Origin: Candidatus Zixiibacteriota bacterium
GTDB taxonomy: Bacteria > RBG-13-66-14 > B26-G2 > WVWN01
Assembly (NCBI GenBank): GCA_050117845.1
Contig: JASFLY010000008.1
Span: 40,273 to 104,272, forward strand
DNA: 64,000 bases
Direction: 5' to 3'
The position numbers and the translations under genes were made by a program. Shown in pieces: positions 12,257 through 22,464 of the stretch. The notes below the pieces were generated by a model. It was not told where the DNA came from. It was given only the letters and a program-made list of their open reading frames with translations, and searched no databases. Position 1 is the first letter of the stretch; the number at the start of each line of letters is the position of its first letter.

Positions 12257-14125
12257 ATGCGGGTAACCGAATTCCGTATTAAGAATTACAAGTCGATAAT
12301 AGACACCGGGTGGTGCGAATTAGCGAAAGATATCACGGTTTTAGCCGGGAAGAACGAAGCCGGAAAGACAGCCGTTTTAGAAGCGTTGAGGGATTTCGAC
12401 CCGAGGATAGAAGAAATAAGCGCTGAAGCATACCCTAAGCACAGGCAAGGGGTGCCGGAAATAGGAATTAAACTCGAAACGGGGAGAGAAGAAATCGATA
12501 GAATATTAAACGGGGCCGATCTGAACGTCGATTATAAAGCAGCGAAAGAAATAGCGGCCAAAGGGATAGTAATCTGCAGAGACCCGGACGGTTATTATTT
12601 AACTAACGATACTATTATTGGGGGGCTTTCCTTTAAGGAAGAGCACGAAAACAGTGCTTATAGAGACAGTATCCTTAGTTTGACTAATCTGATTAATTCT
12701 ATTTATAGTAAATACGGTAGGCATTTCGAAATAGAATTAGGTGAAACGAAAGAAGAAGCCAGGAATGCGGTTACTCAAACAGTATTCCCTTTAAAAAGCC
12801 AGTTGACTATCATACCTGATATAGGGGAAAGAAATCGCGCGAATATTCTATTCGAAAAACTCGAAGGTTTCCTAGATACCAAAGAAAGCGAAAACGAAGA
12901 CGCGCACGGAAAATTCGCGACGGCGGTAGCAGAAAATATCCCTAAGGTCGTATTCTTTAGTACCTTCGACGATATTTTGCCCGATGAGATAAGCTTGGAA
13001 AAAGCCTCTAATACCGAAATTGTATTAGATTTCGCAAAAATTGCTGGGCTTGATTTCGATTCGGTTAGAAGAACTGACGACGCCCAAGATAAGCGTAATT
13101 TATTCAGCAAGGCTTCGGCAAAATTGTCCGGTTATTTCGGGGGTTTTTACACGCAAAGCAATGTAGAAATAACGGCAGAGTTAGAAGTCGATACTATAAG
13201 GTTTTGGGTAGTGGAAGAGGGTGGCCCTACGCATTATAAAACCACGCAACGGAGTAAAGGTTTCCAGTGGTTTTTATCTTTCTTCTTACGTTTGCGCGCG
13301 AGAGGAGGCGAAGATAATATGATATTAATCGATGAGCCGGGTTTATATCTCCACGCGAAAGCTCAACAAGACGTTTTAAAAGTACTAACGAAAACCGCTA
13401 CTAACGGCCAATTAATATATAGTACGCATTCGCCCTATCTCATCGACGCAGGCCGCTTAGATAGGGTTAGATTATTGGTTAATAAGAAAGATATTGGTTC
13501 TGAAATAATAAACGAAATACATAAAGAAGCGGACCAAGAAACTCTAACGCCAATTTTGACTGCGATAGGCTTAGATTTAACTTTCGGTTTGAATTTATTC
13601 GGGGATTTCAACGTAGTTACTGAAGGCCCGTCTGATTATTATTACCTATTGAGTTTCAAGAACATCCTTAAAGAACGGGGGGATTTTAGTATTATACCCT
13701 GTATGGGTGGTACTAAGACTCCTCATTTAGTATCGCTTTTAATAGGATGGGGTTTTAATTATTGTGTTGTATTGGATAACGATCCAACCGGCAAGAGAGT
13801 TAGTAACCAGATGCAGAAAAGACTCCCCGTTGAAGGGGAACGATTCGTATTCGCTGGCCCGATTGTAGGTGATTCGATAGAAGATTTATTCGCTATTGAA
13901 GACTTTAAAAAATACGTTCTCGAGGACGATACCGTTAAAATCGCGAAAGGTAAAATATCTGGATTCCTGAAAGCTAGCAATATAAAAAAAGTCTTAATTG
14001 CAAAACGGTTTTTCGAAAAAACATTAAAAAACGGCCGTAAAATAAAACTTACACAAGAAACGAAAGCGAACTTCGCCGGCCTCCTGGGTCAGGTCCTCGC
14101 GGTAAAGAAAAAGTACAAACGTTGA
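12257..14125 (+). CDS. OLD-family ATP-dependent nuclease (ABC ATPase + TOPRIM), probable defence gene
   Basis: GKNEAGKT, RSKGFQWFLSF, LIDEPGLYLH, STHSPY; TOPRIM VTEGPSD...VLDND; markedly AT-rich. Confidence 0.8.
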   Translation: MRVTEFRIKNYKSIIDTGWCELAKDITVLAGKNEAGKTAVLEALRDFDPRIEEISAEAYPKHRQGVPEIGIKLETGREEIDRILNGADLNVDYKAAKEIAAKGIVICRDPDGYYLTNDTIIGGLSFKEEHENSAYRDSILSLTNLINSIYSKYGRHFEIELGETKEEARNAVTQTVFPLKSQLTIIPDIGERNRANILFEKLEGFLDTKESENEDAHGKFATAVAENIPKVVFFSTFDDILPDEISLEKASNTEIVLDFAKIAGLDFDSVRRTDDAQDKRNLFSKASAKLSGYFGGFYTQSNVEITAELEVDTIRFWVVEEGGPTHYKTTQRSKGFQWFLSFFLRLRARGGEDNMILIDEPGLYLHAKAQQDVLKVLTKTATNGQLIYSTHSPYLIDAGRLDRVRLLVNKKDIGSEIINEIHKEADQETLTPILTAIGLDLTFGLNLFGDFNVVTEGPSDYYYLLSFKNILKERGDFSIIPCMGGTKTPHLVSLLIGWGFNYCVVLDNDPTGKRVSNQMQKRLPVEGERFVFAGPIVGDSIEDLFAIEDFKKYVLEDDTVKIAKGKISGFLKASNIKKVLIAKRFFEKTLKNGRKIKLTQETKANFAGLLGQVLAVKKKYKR

Positions 14126-14199
14126 GGTTATCGATTAATCGGTTTAAATACGGCTCGAAGGGGCCCGCGAGTTAGCCTAACTGCACGATTAGGTAATCC

Positions 14200-14748
14200 C
14201 TCGTATTCGACCGCCACAAACACCACCGCCGGTCCGTCCGCCTCCGCGGTTACGATTATTCGTGGCCGGGGGCGTATTACGTGACCATCTGCACCTACGG
14301 CCGGGAATGCGTGTTCGGCGCCGTCCGCGGCCGAGCGGCCCGGTTGAACGAATACGGCCGCGTCGCCCGCGACGAATGGTTGCGTTCGGCGGCGGTGCGG
14401 GATGAAATCGAATTGGACGCGTTCGTGATAATGCCGAACCACGTCCACGGCATCGTCATCATCACCGGCGACCCGGTGGTAGGGGCGACCGGCCGGTCGC
14501 CCCTACATGATACCGCCGGCCGACCGCGGGGGCCGGCCAAACGTTCGTTATCGTCGTTCATCGGCGGATACAAACCCGCCGTCACCCGCCGCGTCAACGC
14601 GCTACGCGATTCGCCGGGGGCGCGGGTGTGGCAACGCAATTATTACGAACACATAATCCGGGACGACGACGAATTAGGCCGCATCCGCGGTTACATGATA
14701 ACGAACCCCGGCCGCTGGGCCGACGACGAATATTATATAAATACGTAG
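14200..14748 (+). mobile_element. REP-associated tyrosine transposase (RAYT, Y1 HUH family); canonical start codon missing
   Basis: HHRRSVRLRGYDYS..GAYYVTICT, FVIMPNHVHGI (HUH), WQRNYYEHIIR. The frame is open from 14197 but the first GTG is at 14281, downstream of the conserved N-terminus. Confidence 0.85.
14479..14506. repeat. REP palindrome inside the RAYT gene
   Basis: GTAGGGGCGACCGG/CCGGTCGCCCCTAC perfect inverted repeat starting GTAG. Confidence 0.85.
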
Positions 14749-14772
14749 GGACGCACCGCCGTGCGCCCGTAC
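14745..14772. repeat. REP-like palindrome at the RAYT 3' end
   Basis: GTAGGGACGCACCGCCGTGCGCCCGTAC. Confidence 0.7.
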
Positions 14773-14839
14773 AATATAATGCCCCGCGAATTTTTGATTG
14801 CGCCCGTCCGGGCGTTTTATTATTATGCAATATCCGACG

Positions 14840-17182
14840 ATGAACGCGAATAAAGAAAAACAGGCTATCCTGGCGCAGTCGGCGGTCCTGGCGCGGCGGT
14901 GGGGTTTGCGGATCGACCCGGAGGAACTCGCCCGGGTGTGGGAACTGCTGGACCGTCCCCCCACCAAGGTGGAGGGCTACCTCTTCGACGTGGCCTGGTC
15001 CGAGCACTGCTCGTACAAATCGAGCAAGCGCATACTCCGCCGCTACCTCCCGACGCGCGCGCCCAACGTCGTCTGCGGCCCCGGGCAGGACGCCGGCATC
15101 GTCCGCGTCTTCCGGGAGGGCGGCAAGTCGTACTGCGTGGCCGTCGCGCACGAGAGCCACAACCACCCGTCGCAGGTCCTCCCGCTGGAGGGCGCGGCCA
15201 CGGGCATCGGCGGCATCGTCCGGGACGTCTATTGCATGGGGGCCGAGGTCGTGGCGGCGCTGGACCCCCTGCGCTTCGGCTCGACGAAGGGCGATAACGC
15301 CAAACGCAGCCAGGCCATCGCTCGCGGCGTGGTGGAGGGCATCTGGCGCTACGGGAACGCGATAGGCGTTCCCAACGCCGGCGGCGACGTCTACTTCGAT
15401 TCCGGCTTCGACGAGAACTGCCTCGTGAACGTCGTGGCGATAGGCGTGGTCGAGGAGGACGCCGTCGTCCCGAGCAGCGTCCCGCCCCAGGCCCGCGACC
15501 AGCACTACGTCATCATCCTCGTCGGCAAACCGACCGACGACTCCGGCGTGGGCGGCGCGTCGTTCGCCTCCGCCGTGCTGGACGAGGAAGAGGACGTGGA
15601 GAACAAGGCCGCGGTGCAGGTCCCGGACCCCTTCCTGAAACGGGTCCTCGCGGTCGCGATGAAGGAAATGTTCGGCCGTGCCCGGGAGAAGGGCGTCGCG
15701 CTCGGCGTCAAGGACCTCGGCGCCGGGGGCCTCGGCGGCGCGGCCTCCGAGCTATGCGCGGCCGGCCGCATCGGCGGCACCATCGACCTCGACAAGGTCC
15801 CCCGGGCCATCGAGGACCTCGACCCGGCCATAGTCGCCGTGGGCGAGACGCAGGAGCGCTACGTCATCGCCGCGCCGGCCTTCTTCGCCGACGAAATCCT
15901 GGCCATTTTCAACGACGAATTCGAGATCCCGCGGGTCTTCCCGGGCGCCCAGGCCGTCGTCATCGGCGAGGTCATGGAGGAGAAATACTTCCGTTTGACG
16001 TCGCGGGGCGAGGTCGTGGCCGAGGTCCCGCTGGAGGTCGTGTCCACCGCGCCCAGCTACCGCCGGGAGGCCCAGGCGCCGGCGGCCCCGCTGGAGTTCG
16101 TGCGGCTCAAGCCCCCGCAGTACCTGGCCGAGACCCTTCTTAATCTGCTCGAGGCGCCGAACGTCTGTTCGCGCCGGCCGCTCTACGAGCATTACGACCG
16201 CAACGTTCAGGGCCACACCGTCGTCGAGGCGGGCGAGGCCGACGCCGCGGTCCTCGCGCCGTGGCCCGGCAAGAGCGCCGGCATCGCGCTCGCCTGCGAC
16301 GGCAACCCCTATATCGGCGAACTCGACCCCTACGCCGGCGGGGCCCACGCCGTGCTCGAGGCCTGCCGCAACGTCGTCGCCGTGGGCGGCACGCCGGTCG
16401 CGGTAACAGACTGCCTCAACTTCGGCAACCCCGAGGACCCGAAGGTCTTCTGGACCTTCGAGGAGGCCGTCCGCGGCATCGGCGACGCGTGCCGGGGGTT
16501 GGGACTGCGCGGCACCGACGCGCCCCTTCCGGTCGTGTCCGGGAACGTTTCCTTCTACAACGAGTCCGCCCGCGGCGTCGCCATCAAGCCGTCGCCCATA
16601 GTGTGCGTTATAGGTTTCCTGGAGGACTACGCCCTCGCAGTAACGTCGCAGTTCCAGGAGGCCGGGAACCCGGTCTACCTCGTGGGCCGGCGATGGGGCG
16701 AGCTCGGCGGCAGCCAGTACTACCAGCTCCGCGGCCGACTGGGTTGGCCGGCGCCGATGCCCCGCTTCGGCGAGGAACGCCAGATGCATGAGGCGGTGCT
16801 GGAGCTTATCGAGACGAAGTGCCTGGCCGCGGCGCACGACATCGCCGACGGCGGCCTGGCGGTTTGCCTGGCCGAGATGGCGGTCCGCCCCACGGAAGGG
16901 CCGGGCCTCGGCTGCGAGGTCGACATAAGCCCGGCCATGGGCTCCACGCCGCCGGACGGGGTGCTCTTCTGCGAGAACGGCGGCTTCGTGCTCGAAGTGC
17001 GGCGCGGTTCCGTGGAGGCGGCGGAACTCATCCTGAATAACGCCGGCGTCGACTGGTGGCGCGTGGGCGAGGTCAAGACCGAACCCAAGCTGACGATACG
17101 CGAACGAGAGGCCGTCTTCATCGAGCTGTCCACGGCCGACGTGGCCGAGGCCCGGGGCGAAGTCCTTAAAGGATATTTTTAG
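14840..17182 (+). CDS. purL: Phosphoribosylformylglycinamidine synthase subunit PurL
   Basis: WSEHCSYKSS, ESHNHPS, GAATGIGGIVRD, DLGAGG, DCLNFGNPE, VSGNVSFYNE; start may be 14825. Confidence 0.95.
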   Translation: MNANKEKQAILAQSAVLARRWGLRIDPEELARVWELLDRPPTKVEGYLFDVAWSEHCSYKSSKRILRRYLPTRAPNVVCGPGQDAGIVRVFREGGKSYCVAVAHESHNHPSQVLPLEGAATGIGGIVRDVYCMGAEVVAALDPLRFGSTKGDNAKRSQAIARGVVEGIWRYGNAIGVPNAGGDVYFDSGFDENCLVNVVAIGVVEEDAVVPSSVPPQARDQHYVIILVGKPTDDSGVGGASFASAVLDEEEDVENKAAVQVPDPFLKRVLAVAMKEMFGRAREKGVALGVKDLGAGGLGGAASELCAAGRIGGTIDLDKVPRAIEDLDPAIVAVGETQERYVIAAPAFFADEILAIFNDEFEIPRVFPGAQAVVIGEVMEEKYFRLTSRGEVVAEVPLEVVSTAPSYRREAQAPAAPLEFVRLKPPQYLAETLLNLLEAPNVCSRRPLYEHYDRNVQGHTVVEAGEADAAVLAPWPGKSAGIALACDGNPYIGELDPYAGGAHAVLEACRNVVAVGGTPVAVTDCLNFGNPEDPKVFWTFEEAVRGIGDACRGLGLRGTDAPLPVVSGNVSFYNESARGVAIKPSPIVCVIGFLEDYALAVTSQFQEAGNPVYLVGRRWGELGGSQYYQLRGRLGWPAPMPRFGEERQMHEAVLELIETKCLAAAHDIADGGLAVCLAEMAVRPTEGPGLGCEVDISPAMGSTPPDGVLFCENGGFVLEVRRGSVEAAELILNNAGVDWWRVGEVKTEPKLTIREREAVFIELSTADVAEARGEVLKGYF

Positions 17183-17219
17183 CTAACGTTCCCCGCGCGG
17201 CGGGTTAAGGAATAATATA

Positions 17220-18002
17220 GTGTCACCACGTAAAAAGCCCAAGATAGCGGTAGTCCAGTTCCCGGGCGTGAACTGCGAGTTCGAGACGGCCCGGGCGATA
17301 GAGGCCGCCGGCGGCCTGGCGGAGGTCGTGCGCTTCAACCTCCCCGCGGAGGAGATACGGCGCTACGACGGCTACGCCCTGCCCGGCGGCTTCGCCTACG
17401 AGGACCGCGTCCGCGCCGGGGCCGTCGCCGCCAAGGACGCCGTCGTCGACGTCCTGGCGGGGGAGGCCGGCCGGGGCAAACCGCTGCTCGGGATTTGCAA
17501 CGGCGCGCAGGTGCTTGTCGAGGCCGGCCTGGTGCCGGGGCGCCAACCGGGCCACGTCGAGATGGCGCTCGCCCACAACCGCCACCCCTACCATACAGGC
17601 TTCCTCAACCGCTGGGTATTCTGCCGGCACGAGGAGTCGGGCGACGTGCTGCCGCTCCCCATCGCGCACGGCGAGGGCCGCTTCGCCTGCGGCGACGACG
17701 ATACGCTGGCCGCGGTGGAGGAGGGGGACAAGGTTTACCTCCGCTACGTCGACGAGGCCGGCGATACGGCCGGCGGGGAAGACAACCCCAACGGCTCGGC
17801 GCTGGACGCCGCCGGCATCAGTTCGTTCACGGCCCCGGCGATAGCGATAATGCCCCACCCGGAGCGCGCGAGCTGGCTCTTCCAGCTGCCGCGTTACCTG
17901 GAGGGGCCCTGGGGCCTCAAGCGCCGCCGGGCCGCCGGCAAGGAATTGCTCGAGGCGGGGCCGGGGCGTCGCGTTTTCGAAGACTTTTTAAAGCTCGTCT
18001 AA
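17220..18002 (+). CDS. purQ: FGAM synthase glutaminase subunit PurQ
   Basis: FPGVNC, LPGGFAYED, LGICNGAQ, PIAHGEG, MPHPER. Confidence 0.94.
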   Translation: MSPRKKPKIAVVQFPGVNCEFETARAIEAAGGLAEVVRFNLPAEEIRRYDGYALPGGFAYEDRVRAGAVAAKDAVVDVLAGEAGRGKPLLGICNGAQVLVEAGLVPGRQPGHVEMALAHNRHPYHTGFLNRWVFCRHEESGDVLPLPIAHGEGRFACGDDDTLAAVEEGDKVYLRYVDEAGDTAGGEDNPNGSALDAAGISSFTAPAIAIMPHPERASWLFQLPRYLEGPWGLKRRRAAGKELLEAGPGRRVFEDFLKLV

Positions 18003-18019
18003 GAGAAGAGGTAAGGATT

Positions 18020-18958
18020 ATGAGAGCGCTGGTTACGGGCGGTGCGGGGTTTATAGGCCGCCACCTGGTCGGCTGGCTGTTGGGCCGAGGGTGCGACGTA
18101 CTCGCGCTCGACAACCTGTCGAACGGCTCGGCCGGCAACCTGGAGGAGTTCGGGGGCGAGGCCGGGTTCGCCGGCCTCCTCGAGGGGGACGTGTGCGACG
18201 AGGACATCTGGGCCAGCCTGACCGGCCAACGCTTCGACAGCATCTACCACCTCGCGGCCGCCATCAACGTCCAGGACTCCATCGACGACCCGGCCCGGAC
18301 GTTCAACTCCGACGTCGTCGGGACCTTCCGGGCCCTCGAGTTCGCCCGGGCGCAGAACAGCCGCTTTATCTATATCTCGACCTGCCTGGTTTACGCGCCG
18401 GCGGTGGACGGCACGCCCATCACCGAGCGTTACCCCACGCGCCCCGCTTCCCCCTACGCCGCGGCCAAGCTGGCGGGCGAGAACCTGACCCTCTCCTATT
18501 ACCACGCTTACGGCCTGCACGCCCTCATCCTTCGCCCTTTCAACACCTACGGCCCCTACCAGCGGACCGACGGCGAGGGCGGCGTCGTCGTAACGTTCCT
18601 GAATCAATACTTGAAGGGCGAGCCGCTGGTCGTCTTCGGCGACGGCCGCCAGACGCGCGACCTCCTTTACGTCGACGATTGCGCCGACCTCATAGGCAGG
18701 GCCGGCGAGTCGAACGCCGCCGGGTCCGTCATCAACGGCGGCCTGGGTCAGGAAATAGAGATTCGCAACCTGGCCCGCAAGATAGCGGGGAACGAGGACG
18801 GCGTAAAATTCGCCGCGCATCCCCACTCCCAGGCCGAAGTGTGGCGGCTGGTTTGCGACAACGCCAAGGCGGCCCAACTCCTCGACTGGCGGCCCACCAC
18901 CTCCCTCGACGAGGGCATCGCCAGGACGCGCGCGTGGATGGAAGAGCGTATAGGCTGA
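18020..18958 (+). CDS. NAD-dependent nucleotide-sugar epimerase/dehydratase
   Basis: MRALVTGGAGFIG, YAAAK, RPFNTYGP, GDGRQTRD; start at ATG 18020, not the 17495 ORF start. Confidence 0.9.
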   Translation: MRALVTGGAGFIGRHLVGWLLGRGCDVLALDNLSNGSAGNLEEFGGEAGFAGLLEGDVCDEDIWASLTGQRFDSIYHLAAAINVQDSIDDPARTFNSDVVGTFRALEFARAQNSRFIYISTCLVYAPAVDGTPITERYPTRPASPYAAAKLAGENLTLSYYHAYGLHALILRPFNTYGPYQRTDGEGGVVVTFLNQYLKGEPLVVFGDGRQTRDLLYVDDCADLIGRAGESNAAGSVINGGLGQEIEIRNLARKIAGNEDGVKFAAHPHSQAEVWRLVCDNAKAAQLLDWRPTTSLDEGIARTRAWMEERIG

Positions 18959-19029
18959 TTCCTATCCTATTCCGATAAATGACGCCGGCGCCCGTGGGGC
19001 GCCGGTTTTTTATGCGTATTCGACGGGTC

Positions 19030-19057
19030 GTGGGGGCGACTGGCCAGTCGCCCCTAT
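19030..19057. repeat. REP palindrome of the same family as 14479-14506
   Basis: GTGGGGGCGACTGGCCAGTCGCCCCTAT. Confidence 0.75.
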
Positions 19058-19110
19058 CCCGATCGGTTAAAAACGGCGGCCTAAAGGCCGCCGCTTCGAT
19101 TATTATATGA

Positions 19111-19134
19111 GTACCACCGACATTCCTGTCGGTG
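19111..19134. repeat. REP-like palindrome, second family (core GACATTCCTGTC)
   Basis: GTACCACCGACATTCCTGTCGGTG; relatives at 47276 and 47525. Confidence 0.7.
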
Positions 19135-19135
19135 A

Positions 19136-20158
19136 TTAAGGTTCACCGGCAAGAATGCCGGTGCCACGTTGCGTCGCCGTTATCGCGACGACGTCGACGA
19201 TATCGTCGGTCTTGGCGCCGCGGCTGAGGTCGTTCATCGGTTTCGCCAGGCCCTGCGTAATGGGCCCCACGGCCCGGGCTCCCGCCAACCGTTCGACCAA
19301 CTTGTAGCCGATGTTCCCGGCGTTAAGGTCCGGGAAGATGAGGACGTTGGCCCGGCCGGCCACCGGCGAGGCCGGGGCCTTGCGCTCCGCGACCGACGGG
19401 ATGACGGCGGCGTCCAGTTGCAGCTCACCGTCGACGTCGAGGTCCGGCGCCTTCTGCCGCGCGATTTCGACGGCCCGGCGGACCTTGTCCACGGACTCGT
19501 GTTCGCCCGAGCCCTTGGTGCTGAACGACAGCAGGGCGACGGCCGGGTCGGTGCCCGTCAGTTGCCGGAAGGAGCGGCCTGTGGTCGTCGCGACGTCGGC
19601 CAGCTGCTCCGCGTTCGGCTCCACGAGAAGGGCGCAGTCGGCGAAGAAAATAACGCCCTTCTCGCCGAACTTCGGGTTGCCGGTTATCATCGCGAAGAAG
19701 GTGGAGAGGGTATCGACTCCGGGGGCGAGGCCGACGAGGTGCAACGCGGCCCGCATAACCGTCGCGGTGGCCGTGGCGGCGCCGCCGACGACGGCGTCCA
19801 CGTCTCCCCGGCGCAGAAGGTACGCGCCGAAGAACATCGGCTCGAGGACCGTGGCGGACGCCTCTTCCGGCGTCAGGCCCTTGTGTTTACGGAGTTCGAA
19901 GTATTCGCCGGCGGCCTCCTCGCGCAGGGGGTCCTCGGCCGGGATCACCAGCGTGAATCGGCTCAGGTCGGCTTGGCATTTGGCGGCGGCGGCTTCCGCG
20001 GACGGGAGGTCGCGCGTAATCAGCGTCACTTCCCGGGCGAAACCGGCGTCGAGGGCCCGGGCGCCGGTGGCGACGATGCGTTCGTCGTGGCCCTCCGGCA
20101 GGCAGAGGCGAATAGGCGCTCGGGCGGCTTTCTCGCGTATGTGACTTAGAAAAGGCGT
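19136..20158 (-). CDS. pta: Phosphate acetyltransferase; apparent ACG start
   Basis: [40 protein letters not shown]. The conserved LPEGHDER lies upstream of the ORF-track start; SD GAGGAGG precedes ACG at 20158. Confidence 0.9.
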   Translation of the reverse strand, partial: TPFLSHIREKAARAPIRLCLPEGHDERIVATGARALDAGFAREVTLITRDLPSAEAAAAKCQADLSRFTLVIPAEDPLREEAAGEYFELRKHKGLTPEEASATVLEPMFFGAYLLRRGDVDAVVGGAATATATVMRAALHLVGLAPGVDTLSTFFAMITGNPKFGEKGVIFFADCALLVEPNAEQLADVATTTGRSFRQLTGTDPAVALLSFSTKGSGEHESVDKVRRAVEIARQKAPDLDVDGELQLDAAVIPSVAERKAPASPVAGRANVLIFPDLNAGNIGYKLVERLAGARAVGPITQGLAKPMNDLSRGAKTDDIVDVVAITATQRGTGILAGEP

Positions 20159-20234
20159 AGTCGACCCTCCTCGGGATTGGAAGGTAAAAAGAGCGGGTTA
20201 AGCATTATTCAAAGAACGGACAGGGCGGGGCGGC

Positions 20235-22313
20235 CTAGAGGACTTCCGCGCCCGCCGGGAGGTCGCCGTCGACGACCAGGATTTTTACCACGTCGTGATG
20301 TTGGGCCGCGAGGAGCATACCCCGCGATTCCTCGCCCCGTATCTTGGCGGGCTGCATGTTCTTCACGATGATTATCTTCCGACCGGCCAACGCTTCGGGT
20401 TCGTACCAGGGCGCGATGCCGGCTACGACCGGCCTTTCTTCGCCGCCGAGGTCCACGGTCATCTTGAGGAGCTTGTCCGCCCCGGCGACTCGTTCACACG
20501 TTTTCACTTCGGCTACTACCAACCCCAATTTCTTAACGTCGTCTATAGTTACGTACGTTTCGGTCATATCCTCCTCCGGCGGTTTACCCGATTCTTCGGC
20601 CGCGGTTTTTTCCTTTGTGTTTTCCTCGGCCGGCGTCCCGTCGCGTTGCTGTAGCGCGGCCACGTGGGATTCGACGCGGCCTTCGTCTATTTTCTCGATC
20701 AGTATTTTAATCTCGCCCAGGGGCGCCCCTTCCGGGATGGCCGGCGTTTTGGCCTGCTCCCAGGTAAGCGGCGCCGCGAGGGAAAGCATCCTTCTTATCT
20801 CTTCGGCGGCGAGGGGCGTGAACGGCTCGAACGCGGTCGCGAGAGAGGCGGCCAGGCGGCAGGACACGTTCAATATGGCCTCGGCCCGCGGCCTGTCCGT
20901 CTTGCGCCGGGCCCAGGGCTCCTCGTCGTTGTAATACTTATTGGCCGCCCGGGCGATTTCGAGCGCGGCGGCGAGAGCGGCCCGCATCTCGTATTTCTCG
21001 ATGTGCGCGGCCTCAACCTCGAGTTGCCGGCTCGCCGTCGCGAGAAGGGCCTCGTCGCTTGCGGTTAACGCGCCGGCCCGCGGCACCTCGTTGCCGAGGT
21101 AGTTTTTGATAAAGGTGAGCGAGCGGTTGACGAAGTTCCCGAAGATGTCGGCCAGCTCCGAGTTCACGCGCGTCGCCATATCGGCGAAGGAGAAGTCGGC
21201 GTCCTTCGTCTCGGGCGCGTTGGCCGTCAGGTAGTAGCGCAGCGCGTCCACCTGGAAGTCGGCCACCGCGTCCTCGGCCCAGACGGCCCAGTTGCGGCTG
21301 GTCGAGATCTTGCGGCCCTCGAGGTTGAGGAACTCGTTGGCCGGAATCTGGAAGGGGAGGTTGTAGTTTTCCGGCTGGCCCATGAGCATCGCCGGCCAGA
21401 CGATGGCGTGGAAGACGATATTGTCCTTGCCGATGAAGTGGACGACCTTCGAGTCCGGGTCGAGCCAGTAGTCCCGCCACTTCTCCGGTTCGCCGCGTTT
21501 CCGGGCCCACTCGATAGTCGAGCTAACGTAGCCGATGGGGGCGTCGAACCAGACGTAGAGGACCTTGCCCGCGGCCTCTTCCAGCGGCACCGGGACGCCC
21601 CAGTCGATGTCGCGGGTGATGGCCCGGTCGGCGAGGCCCTCGTCCAGCCAGCTCAGGCAGAACTTGCGGACGTTGTCGCGCCAGTGGGTATTGGCGGCCA
21701 GCCACTCCCGCAGGCGGGCGGCGAACTTCGGCAGCTCGAGGTACCAGTGGGTCGTCTTCCGGGCGACCGGGGGGCCGTCGCAGATTTTGCAGCGGGGGTC
21801 TTCGAGTTCGGTCGCGGCCAGCCAGCGGCCGCAGCTCTCGCACTGGTCGCCGCGGGCGTCGGGACAGCCGCAATGGGGGCAGGTACCCTCGACGTAACGG
21901 TCCGGCAGGAAGCGGCCGCAGTTCTCGCAGTACAGTTGTTCCGTCTCCCGGGCGGTGATGTAGCCGCCGCGGTACAGGTTCGTGAAGAACTCCTGCGCCC
22001 GGGGGTAATGTATATCCCGAAGGGTCGTGCGGCTGTAATTGTCGAAGGTGAAGGCAAAGCCGTCGAAGGCTTTCTGCATCGCCTCGTGGTAGTGGTCGAC
22101 GAGTCGTTGCGGGGACACGCCCCGGCGTTCCGCGCTGACGGTTATGGGGACGCCGTGTTCGTCGGACCCGCAGATATAGACGACGTCTTTCCCGGCGAGG
22201 CGGAGGTAGCGGACGTACGAGTCGGCCGGCATGTACGCCCCGGCGAGTTGGCCCACGTGCAGGGGGCCGTTGGCGTACGGCAGGGCGCTGGTTACCAGAT
22301 ATCTTTCGGCCAT
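20235..22313 (-). CDS. metG: Methionine--tRNA ligase with C-terminal tRNA-binding domain
   Basis: ALPYANGPLHVG, Zn knuckles, YVWFDA, KISTS, C-terminal EMAP-like domain. Confidence 0.97.
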   Translation of the reverse strand: MAERYLVTSALPYANGPLHVGQLAGAYMPADSYVRYLRLAGKDVVYICGSDEHGVPITVSAERRGVSPQRLVDHYHEAMQKAFDGFAFTFDNYSRTTLRDIHYPRAQEFFTNLYRGGYITARETEQLYCENCGRFLPDRYVEGTCPHCGCPDARGDQCESCGRWLAATELEDPRCKICDGPPVARKTTHWYLELPKFAARLREWLAANTHWRDNVRKFCLSWLDEGLADRAITRDIDWGVPVPLEEAAGKVLYVWFDAPIGYVSSTIEWARKRGEPEKWRDYWLDPDSKVVHFIGKDNIVFHAIVWPAMLMGQPENYNLPFQIPANEFLNLEGRKISTSRNWAVWAEDAVADFQVDALRYYLTANAPETKDADFSFADMATRVNSELADIFGNFVNRSLTFIKNYLGNEVPRAGALTASDEALLATASRQLEVEAAHIEKYEMRAALAAALEIARAANKYYNDEEPWARRKTDRPRAEAILNVSCRLAASLATAFEPFTPLAAEEIRRMLSLAAPLTWEQAKTPAIPEGAPLGEIKILIEKIDEGRVESHVAALQQRDGTPAEENTKEKTAAEESGKPPEEDMTETYVTIDDVKKLGLVVAEVKTCERVAGADKLLKMTVDLGGEERPVVAGIAPWYEPEALAGRKIIIVKNMQPAKIRGEESRGMLLAAQHHDVVKILVVDGDLPAGAEVL

Positions 22314-22464
22314 ATTCCTTCCCGGTTTGGGGTCTTGTCGCGGAGTCTAACACAGGTGGCGCTGGACGGTCAAACGTTATTAGCCGGGGCCGCGCCCTCG
22401 GTGGCATAAAGAAACAGGGGAGCCGGAAGGCTCCCCTGGTACGTGCTTTTTAGCCTTGTTTCGC

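Noticed and set aside
17495..18019. N-terminal extension of the epimerase ORF
   Set aside because: It overlaps purQ out of frame; the Rossmann motif starts at ATG 18020.
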